DNA from: Candidatus Saccharimonadota bacterium
Lineage (GTDB): Archaea; Nanobdellota; Nanobdellia; Pacearchaeales; GW2011-AR1
DNA length: 32,000 nucleotides
Direction: 5' to 3'
Assembly: GCA_017609205.1 (NCBI GenBank)
Contig: JAFCEL010000001.1
Span: forward strand, 150,001 to 182,000
The notes below the pieces were generated by a model that saw only the letters and a program-made list of their open reading frames with translations, made no database searches and was not told the origin of the DNA. Numbering within the stretch: position 1 is the stretch's first letter; the number at the start of each line of letters is the position of its first letter. The translations under genes were made by a program, and so were the position numbers. This document shows, one piece after another, positions 26,028 to 32,000 of this stretch.

Positions 26028-26828
26028 TCATATATCTAGCAAGAAATAATCCCCTGCAAAACCTGCATTAACTATTGTTGTTTTGCCAATTTTCTTTTTT
26101 CCTTTTCCCTCATGAATATGCCCACAGAAAACATATCTCAAATGTTTTTTCTTAATATAACTCAAAATAATTTTGCTTCCAGCATGTTTGCCTTTCCAAT
26201 GTTTAGGAGCTCCCTTAAAGGTGACTTTATCTAAAAAACCATAAGGGGGTTGGTGGCATAAAAGAATATCAATTTCTTGTTTAGCAAACCACCTTAAAAT
26301 TCTCTTTGCTTTATCAGATTCTTTTTTAGCCATTTCCAATTCTTTTTTATATTCAAAAGGTTTAAACTCCTTAACCCAACAAGTATCTAAAAAATATCCT
26401 AACCCTCCTATTCTTAGCCCATTAAAATTCCCAATTCTATTATTAATAATCCTAACATTCTTCATAGAGTTTAATTTATTTGATAAATAAAGCAAGGCAA
26501 CACCAATTTTTCGGGATTGCTTTCTTGTTTCATAATTTGAGGATTCTACATTCCCGAAAATCGTATAAACTGGCGCAAATCTTGAGAAATACTTTACAAC
26601 TTTCACACTGGAATTATAAGCTTCCATAAATGCTCTTTTTTCCTGAATAGGAGTATATTCTTTTTCTGGCAAACCTCTTTTGCTTCTTTCAATATTCTCA
26701 AAAGCCATTTTACGCATAAGATTTGCACTGCCTAAATCACCAGTTAACAAAACCAAATCAACTTTTTTCAAAATAGATTCACTATATTTTGTAGAACCAT
26801 GAGGATCTCCAATAACAAGTATCTTCAT
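26028..26828 (-). CDS. metallophosphoesterase
   Basis: MKILVIGDPHGS, LLTGDLG, GNVE, CHQPP and CGHIHEG motifs. Start at the internal Met. Confidence 0.8.
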   Translation of the reverse strand: MKILVIGDPHGSTKYSESILKKVDLVLLTGDLGSANLMRKMAFENIERSKRGLPEKEYTPIQEKRAFMEAYNSSVKVVKYFSRFAPVYTIFGNVESSNYETRKQSRKIGVALLYLSNKLNSMKNVRIINNRIGNFNGLRIGGLGYFLDTCWVKEFKPFEYKKELEMAKKESDKAKRILRWFAKQEIDILLCHQPPYGFLDKVTFKGAPKHWKGKHAGSKIILSYIKKKHLRYVFCGHIHEGKGKKKIGKTTIVNAGFAGDYFLLDI

Positions 26829-27063
26829 AACACCCCAAAACAAAATTTATTTATAAAACATTCTCTCTTAATTAAAACGAAACTAATTTTTCATCCAAAA
26901 ACTTTAGATTATCAAGAGATATAGAGGCGCTAAATTACAAAAACAAATTCTAGGTTATTTGCTGTCTTGAAAGAGGATATTCAAAAAAACTTAGAGAATT
27001 AATTGAGGAATTTATTATGGGATTTGTGATTAAATTAATAAACTATAATTCTATTATTCAAAT

Positions 27064-28419
27064 ATGGTAAAGATTGGTTTAGAAATTCATGGATATATTA
27101 ATACAAAAGAGAAATTATTTTGTAAATGTAAATCAGCACATGGATTGAAGATTTCAGGACCCAATATAAATATCTGCCCTATATGCACAGGACAACCAGG
27201 AGCAAAACCAATGGTTCCTAACAAAAATGCCGTCGACAAATCAATACAGATTGCATTAATTCTTGGATGTAAAATAAACGAAAAACTCCAATGGTTTAGA
27301 AAACATTATGACTGGCCGGATTTACCTAAGGGATATCAAAATACTCTCTCAGGTCCGCATGCAATTCCTATAGGAGAAAAAGGTAATTTCTTAGGAATAG
27401 GAATAATAGAATGCCATCTTGAAGAAGACCCTGCAGCATGGAATCCTCAGACAGGAGAAATTGATTATAATCGTTCAGGAAGCCCTTTAATAGAAATAGT
27501 TACAAAACCAGACTTCAATTCTTCAGAACAAGTAATCGAATGGTTAAGAAAATTGATTGTCACTTTAAACTATATCAAGGCTATAGACAAGAACGCAGGA
27601 ATCAAAGCAGATGTTAATGTATCAATAGAGAAAGGCGCAAGAGTTGAAATCAAGAATATAAACAGTTTGAAGAAAATAAAAAGAGCAATAGATTATGAAT
27701 TTGAGAGACAAAAAAAGGAAAAACCCAAGCAACAAGAAACACGAATGTTCGACGACAATAAAGGGATTACAAAACTCATGAGAACAAAAGAGCAAGCACA
27801 AGACTATAGATTTATTTCAGACCCTGACTTACCGATAATAGAAATAAAAAGAGAAAATATCCAAAAATTAAAATCAATGATTCCTGAAACACCTGCTGAG
27901 AAGCTAGATAAACTCATACAAAAATACAAAATAGATAAAAAACACGCAGAGATTCTGACAAAAAAACTCGAGATTGTTGAATTCTTTGAAAAGATAATTG
28001 AGAAATCAGACCCAAAACTTGCAGTTCGCTGGGTAACAGAAGAGCTTTTGAGTGTTCTTAATTATAATAAAAAAGAATTATCAGAAGTTGAGATAAAGCC
28101 AGAACATTTTATTGAGTTGCTTAAACTTATTGAAAAGAAAAAAATAACTGAATTAAAAGCAAAAGAAATTCTTAGAAGCTGGAAAGAAAAATCATCATCA
28201 CCAAAACTGCAAGCAGAAAAAATATCACAGATTTCCGACGATAAAGAAATTAAGAAGCTGGCTGAAAAAGTTATCAAAGAAAACCCAAAAGCTGTTGCAG
28301 ATTATAAATCAGGAAAAAAAGAATCTTTGAATTTCTTGATTGGGCAAGTTATGAAATTGAGTGATAAAAGAGCTGATTATAAAACAACAAGGGAGATTTT
28401 AGAGGGGGAGTTGGGGTAA
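27064..28419 (+). CDS. gatB: Asp/Glu-tRNA amidotransferase subunit B
   Basis: KIGLEIHGYINTKEKLFCKC...CPICTGQPGAKP N-terminus, HLEEDPA motif, and C-terminal GatB/YqeY tail ADYKSGKKESLNFLIGQVMKLSDKRAD. 451 aa, so GatB-sized rather than GatE-sized. Confidence 0.9.
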   Translation: MVKIGLEIHGYINTKEKLFCKCKSAHGLKISGPNINICPICTGQPGAKPMVPNKNAVDKSIQIALILGCKINEKLQWFRKHYDWPDLPKGYQNTLSGPHAIPIGEKGNFLGIGIIECHLEEDPAAWNPQTGEIDYNRSGSPLIEIVTKPDFNSSEQVIEWLRKLIVTLNYIKAIDKNAGIKADVNVSIEKGARVEIKNINSLKKIKRAIDYEFERQKKEKPKQQETRMFDDNKGITKLMRTKEQAQDYRFISDPDLPIIEIKRENIQKLKSMIPETPAEKLDKLIQKYKIDKKHAEILTKKLEIVEFFEKIIEKSDPKLAVRWVTEELLSVLNYNKKELSEVEIKPEHFIELLKLIEKKKITELKAKEILRSWKEKSSSPKLQAEKISQISDDKEIKKLAEKVIKENPKAVADYKSGKKESLNFLIGQVMKLSDKRADYKTTREILEGELG

Positions 28420-28560
28420 AAAAGATCTCAAACCCCTGATCAAATACATCTCTAGATTATATCTAAAATTAAGCAAACAACAAAAAAGGGATTAGTAAGG
28501 ATGTTGAATTTAATATTGTTAGATAGATAAACTTAAAATTAAAGAATCTCTTGTATAAAT

Positions 28561-29985
28561 ATGACTATATCAAACATAATTCATAGTGTTAGAAATATAA
28601 TGAGAAAAGACCCTGGAGTGGATGGAGATGCTCAGAGAATTTCCCAAATGACATGGATGATATTTCTTAAAGTATTTGATGCTATGGAAGAAGAAAAAGA
28701 AGCAGAAAATTCAAAATATAAATCTCCTTTGCCTGAAGAAATAAGATGGAGAAATTGGGCATCAAATGAAGAAGGAATAACAGGAGATGAATTATTAGAT
28801 TTTGTGAATGATCAAGTTTTCGAGGGAATTAAAAAATTAGATGTGAAAAATAGTAAAAAGGCTCAGATAGTAAAACAAGTTTTTGAAGATACTTATAATT
28901 ATATGAAAAGCGGGGTCTTGATGAGGCAAGTTATTAATGAAATAAATAAAATTGATTTCACTAGTTCTGAAGACAGGCATTTGTTTAATGATATTTATGA
29001 GACAATTTTAAGAGAACTTCAGAGTGCTGGTTCTGCAGGAGAGTTTTATACCCCAAGAGCAGTCACGCAATTTATAGTTGATATGGTAAATCCTAAATTA
29101 GGAGAGATTTTATTAGATCCTGCATGTGGAACAGGGGGGTTTTTAGTTTCTGCCTTAGAAAATATGAGAAAAGAAGTTGATAATATTGAAGAATTACAAA
29201 GATTAGGAAAAAATATCAGAGGAATAGAGAAAAAACCCTTGCCTCATTTGTTATGCATGACTAATTTGATGTTACATGATATTGATGAGCCAAATATTAA
29301 ACATGATAATTCATTGTCAAAACCATTAAGAGAGTATTCTTCTAAGGACATGGTTGATGTAGTTGTGACAAATCCCCCTTTTGGAGGAGCAGAAGAAGAA
29401 GGTATTGAAAATAATTTCCCAACTGAATTTAAAACAAGAGAAACAGCAGATTTGTTTTTAGTTCTTATTATGAAACTTTTAAGAGAAGAAGGAAGATGCG
29501 GGATTGTTTTGCCTGATGGATTTTTATTTGGAGAGGGTGTTAAAACAAGAATAAAAGAGAAATTATTAACTGAATTTAATCTTCATACAATAGTTAGACT
29601 TCCTAATGGTGTTTTTAACCCATATACTGGAATTAGAACAAATCTACTTTTCTTTGAAAAAGGAAAACAAACAAAGGAAATTTGGTATTTTGAGCATCCC
29701 TTGCCAAAAGGATATAAAACATACAACAAAAGCAAACCGATTAACATTAGAGAATTTGATTTGGAAAAAGAATGGTGGAACGATAGAGAAAATGAAAAAT
29801 TTAAGCAATATGCTTGGAAAGTTTCTATTGAAGAAATCAAAAAGAGAAATTATAATTTAGATATTAACAATCCTAACGGAAAAAAAGAGGAAGAAAATTT
29901 GAGTTCTAAGGAGATTCTGGAGAAGTTAGAGAAGAGTTTGGAGAGTAGTAAGGAGTTAATTGAGAAGCTTAAGGAGGAGGTTTGA
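28561..29985 (+). CDS. hsdM: type I restriction-modification system, methyltransferase subunit M
   Basis: N-terminal HsdM_N-like IMRKDPGVDGDAQRISQMTWMIFLKVFD. AdoMet motif I LDPACGTGGFL. Motif IV VVTNPPFGG. 474 aa. Confidence 0.93.
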   Translation: MTISNIIHSVRNIMRKDPGVDGDAQRISQMTWMIFLKVFDAMEEEKEAENSKYKSPLPEEIRWRNWASNEEGITGDELLDFVNDQVFEGIKKLDVKNSKKAQIVKQVFEDTYNYMKSGVLMRQVINEINKIDFTSSEDRHLFNDIYETILRELQSAGSAGEFYTPRAVTQFIVDMVNPKLGEILLDPACGTGGFLVSALENMRKEVDNIEELQRLGKNIRGIEKKPLPHLLCMTNLMLHDIDEPNIKHDNSLSKPLREYSSKDMVDVVVTNPPFGGAEEEGIENNFPTEFKTRETADLFLVLIMKLLREEGRCGIVLPDGFLFGEGVKTRIKEKLLTEFNLHTIVRLPNGVFNPYTGIRTNLLFFEKGKQTKEIWYFEHPLPKGYKTYNKSKPINIREFDLEKEWWNDRENEKFKQYAWKVSIEEIKKRNYNLDINNPNGKKEEENLSSKEILEKLEKSLESSKELIEKLKEEV

Positions 29986-29990
29986 AAATG
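29971..29990 (+). promoter_or_regulatory. strong Shine-Dalgarno (AAGGAGGAGG) plus ATG at the 3' end of hsdM, feeding only a 16-codon ORF
   Basis: The SD lies inside the last hsdM codons, 7 nt before ATG 29988. That ORF (MRNIDTLLNIKRSKNE) stops at 30036-30038. Confidence 0.45.
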
Positions 29991-30034
29991 AGAAATATTG
30001 ATACATTACTAAATATAAAGAGATCAAAAAATGA

Positions 30035-30117
30035 ATAGGGTAAGTGCGTCCGTCAATCCTACTAACCGCATCAAGAGCAAGCTCCAGCACGGGGTTCGTC
30101 AGGTCGCGTTTCCCTAT
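30035..30117 (+). ncRNA. candidate structured small RNA / cis element (GC-rich rod-like hairpin), function unknown
   Basis: About 56% G+C by hand count (45/80) in AT-rich surroundings. Nested pairings: 30035-40/30112-17, 30042-48/30105-11, 30050-51/30102-03, 30055-60/30091-96, and apical 30075-77/30082-84. TATA-like AAATATAAA at 30011-30019. A U-rich tract follows. Confidence 0.4.
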
Positions 30118-30201
30118 GTATTATTTACTACTCACTACTATTTAAATTTTATGACTATGGATATTTTAAATAAATTTTGAATATGTTGAGGGGGTGTGAA
30201 T

Positions 30202-31044
30202 ATGGTAAGATTTATCAATAAAAATTTAAAGTCTCATTCTTATACCTCAAGTGAACCTTTAAATTCTTTAATGGACAACATTGTTCAATCCGAAATAGCT
30301 AAATTATTGGCATTTCACTTTAGAGATTTTGGGAAGAAATCTAGTACTGATCTTACTCATTTGCTTCAGAAAACAACAATACAATTAGGATTATCTTCTC
30401 CAAGGGAAGTGGATTTCTGGTTTGGATCTGGGCAAATAAGCGTTAAAGAGTTTTTTTTGTTAATTGAACTTATCCTTGAGACTTATGTAGAAAGCAATAA
30501 AAGATGGTTAGAAGAATCATACATTCTAGATTTTGTAAATGATATTAATGATTTTTTTCTTATCCATAAAGTTCCCTTATCAATTAGATATTTTTCAAAT
30601 AAAAAAGAATTTTATGTTGAAAAAATAATTTCTCCTGAAATTAGTAAAGAAATCAAAAAAACTTTAGAAGATTTCTCAAAGGAGGAAAAAGTGTTTGAGG
30701 ATTTTAAGGAGGCTATTAAAAAATATAGTTCTGGAAATTATGAAGGTTCTATTGAAAAATGTTGTGTTTCAATTGAAGATTATCTCTGCATTCTTTTAGA
30801 GAAAAAAACATGCTCTAGTATTGACAAGTATTATAAAGATATTGCTAAGAGGTTAAAAATTCCTGAAGATTTAAATGATAGATTCACAAATATCATACAT
30901 TACATCCATAAACACAGATCTCATCAAAACCATGGATCTATTGAGAAGAAGGTAATTGAAGATATTGAATTGATTAATGAAATTATTATTGGATTTACAA
31001 TGACTATTTTAAATTATTTGAAAAAGAAAAATGAAAAAAGTTAA
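30202..31044 (+). CDS. AbiJ-like abortive-infection protein with C-terminal HEPN (Abi_C-type) domain
   Basis: C-terminal DFKEAIKKYSSGNYEGSIEKCCVSIEDYLCILLEKK helix and HKHRSHQNHG (R-x4-H-G) fit the HEPN Rx4-6H motif. The middle segment ILDFVNDINDFFLIHKVPLSIRYF...YVEKIISPEISKEIKKTLE resembles AbiJ N-terminal domains. Start at ATG 30202 (the track start at 30196 is GTG), 5 nt after SD GAGGGGGTG. Confidence 0.6.
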   Translation: MVRFINKNLKSHSYTSSEPLNSLMDNIVQSEIAKLLAFHFRDFGKKSSTDLTHLLQKTTIQLGLSSPREVDFWFGSGQISVKEFFLLIELILETYVESNKRWLEESYILDFVNDINDFFLIHKVPLSIRYFSNKKEFYVEKIISPEISKEIKKTLEDFSKEEKVFEDFKEAIKKYSSGNYEGSIEKCCVSIEDYLCILLEKKTCSSIDKYYKDIAKRLKIPEDLNDRFTNIIHYIHKHRSHQNHGSIEKKVIEDIELINEIIIGFTMTILNYLKKKNEKS

Positions 31045-31282
31045 AGAGAAAACTGAAGATCTGCCAGATTGGATTAAATTAATCTTTAAATGGGTTTTTC
31101 TTTTAGCAGGAGTTCCTAGTCTCTCCTATGTTTTTTTATGGGCCTCTGTTCAAAGTGCTTTTGAAGCTGCAACAACAGGTTGGCAAATTTTTCTGGGATT
31201 TAGTCTTTTTAGTATTTTTCTGGGATATATTTATTTTTCAATTAAATATTTAGTCGAAGAAACTATTGGTTATTTTAAATGA
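31031..31282 (+). CDS. small 2-TM membrane protein (hypothetical)
   Basis: 83 aa. Two hydrophobic helices (WIKLIFKWVFLLAGVPSLSYVFLWA and WQIFLGFSLFSIFLGYIYFSI). Overlaps the HEPN gene by 14 nt and the hsdS start by ATGA. Confidence 0.55.
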   Translation: MKKVKEKTEDLPDWIKLIFKWVFLLAGVPSLSYVFLWASVQSAFEAATTGWQIFLGFSLFSIFLGYIYFSIKYLVEETIGYFK

Positions 31283-32000
31283 AAATTAATTTTATTCCTC
31301 TAACTTTTATTAAATCTCAAGAAGATTTGAATTTCCAAATAAGAAATACCTTAATAATGAAGAAGATTTTAGAAAAGTTTAGTGATGAAAAAGAATTAAA
31401 AGAACTTCTAAAAAAAACACAATATGGATTTACTACTTCAGCAAAAAAGGAAGGGAGATATAAATTTCTTAGAATTACTGATTTAAAAAATGGAAAAGTT
31501 GATTGGGAGAATGTTCCTTCTTGTGATGGAGATTGTAATAATTATTTATTAAAAGGAGGGGATATTGTGATAGCAAGAACAGGAAATAATAAAAGTTTTC
31601 TTATTAAAGATGTTCCAAATAATGCTATTTTTGCAAGTTATCTTATAAAATTAGAAGTTAATAGAAAAGTTTTACTTCCCGAATATCTATATATGTTTTT
31701 GAATAGTTATTTGTTTTGGAGCCAAGTTTTAAAAATGCAAACAGGGACTACTCTTTCTAATGTTAATGGAGAAAAGTTGAAAAAATTAAGGATTCCTTAT
31801 TGTCCAATTAAAGAGCAAGAAAGGATAGTTAAAGGAAATTTTGATAAAAACCTTAAAGAAGTAATAAAAAAGGTTGAAGATTTTTTAATTAGTAAAGAAA
31901 AATTGGCATTAAATTCTCAAAAAGACCATGAACTCTTAAAGAAACTCAAACAATCAATCCTCCAAGAAGCTGTTCAGGGAAAACTCGTTCCGCAAGATCC
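31279..32000 (+). CDS. hsdS: type I restriction-modification system, specificity subunit S (3' end lies outside the window)
   Basis: Not in the ORF track because it runs off the window. My translation has no stop through nt 32000. TRD pattern YGFTTSA...YKFLRITDLKNGKVDW...GDIVIARTG...ASYLIKL...LSNVNGEKLKKLRIPYCPIKEQERIV, then the conserved spacer LKQSILQEAVQGKLVPQD. Confidence 0.85.
   Translation, partial: MKINFIPLTFIKSQEDLNFQIRNTLIMKKILEKFSDEKELKELLKKTQYGFTTSAKKEGRYKFLRITDLKNGKVDWENVPSCDGDCNNYLLKGGDIVIARTGNNKSFLIKDVPNNAIFASYLIKLEVNRKVLLPEYLYMFLNSYLFWSQVLKMQTGTTLSNVNGEKLKKLRIPYCPIKEQERIVKGNFDKNLKEVIKKVEDFLISKEKLALNSQKDHELLKKLKQSILQEAVQGKLVPQD

Noticed and set aside
138-29860. Track ORFs of 60-122 aa lying inside or antisense to the longer genes. 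Examples: 138-332, 1032-1214, 1318-1518, 1724-2026, 3442-3747, 7727-8143, 9561-10089, 11603-12075, 12350-12628, 13394-13591, 15061-15318, 16388-16814, 17693-17929, 20110-20325, 20501-20707, 21162-21425, 21901-22617, 23942-24169, 28062-28277, 29583-29860.
   Set aside because: Each overlaps a longer ORF with clear family motifs. Their translations are low-complexity (F/L/S/I-rich), as expected from reading AT-rich coding DNA out of frame. No start signals are present.
30050-30057. CCGTCAAT, resembling the universal 16S rRNA 907R primer site.
   Set aside because: The similarity ends after 8-11 nt, so this is not an rRNA fragment.
30040-30066. Eukaryote-like splice signals GUAAGU (30040-45), group II-like GUGCG (30044-48) and a yeast-type branch point UACUAAC (30060-66) inside the GC-rich element.
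   Set aside because: There is no reverse transcriptase or maturase, no domain V/VI-like structure and no plausible exons. Short consensus matches like these are expected by chance.
30070-30106. Minus-strand CUGACGA (hammerhead-core-like CUGANGA) with a nearby GAAA, plus UGAUGC/CUGA as possible C/D boxes.
   Set aside because: The order and spacing of the elements do not fit any hammerhead permutation (only 6 nt between GAAA and CUGACGA). Terminal C and D boxes are absent, so it is not a C/D sRNA either.
30031-30180. 49-codon ORF (MNRVSASVNPTNRIKSKLQHGVRQVAFPYVLFTTHYYLNFMTMDILNKF) covering the GC-rich element.
   Set aside because: The ATG lies only about 16 nt from the TATA-like box, so it is probably upstream of the transcription start, and it has no SD. 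The ORF's 3' third runs through the TATA box of the HEPN gene. The strong nested base-pairing favours an RNA or cis element. Not fully excluded.
1-32000. Looked for CRISPR arrays, transposase/integrase genes, rRNA genes, long direct or terminal inverted repeats, and an hsdR gene.
   Set aside because: None seen. The only repeated DNA found is the tRNA-Ile 5' fragment, the TBP internal 20-mer and the short tRNA-flank motif. hsdR may lie beyond the right edge of the window.

Overview
AT-rich (about 30% G+C by eye), gene-dense archaeal chromosome segment. All protein calls come from motif recognition by eye. No database or folding software was run. Archaeal hallmark genes present: TBP, MCM, ATP-dependent DNA ligase, aIF-1A, aIF-2beta, ribosomal protein L15e, type IA topoisomerase, RadB-like and Nre-like repair proteins, FtsZ, GatB and Taw3. 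There are three tRNA genes, and two carry 42-43 nt introns at the canonical 37/38 position. Tight gene spacing, TATA boxes about 25-30 nt upstream of most ATGs (leaderless mRNAs) and the gene content fit a small-genome, DPANN-like archaeon. The lineage cannot be proven from this window. Most of the window (0-28.4 kb) is ordinary core genome. The accessory part is the right end (28.5-32 kb), a type I restriction-modification operon in which hsdM and hsdS are separated by a 1.3 kb insert. The insert holds a GC-rich element of about 83 nt that folds into a rod-like hairpin, an AbiJ-like HEPN protein with an R-x4-H motif, and a 2-TM peptide translationally coupled to hsdS. This PrrC-like nesting is the best candidate for an undescribed defence module. 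Secondary observations: (1) a decayed tandem copy of the tRNA-Ile 5' half sits between the promoter and the intact gene; (2) the tRNA introns are built from alternating inverted-repeat units; (3) a Nudix / MBL / LOG-like / Taw3 operon faces a divergent wHTH protein fused to a degenerate Nudix domain; (4) a membrane-anchored AlbA_2 protein; (5) an OB-fold protein next to MCM shares MCM's C-terminal winged-helix motif.
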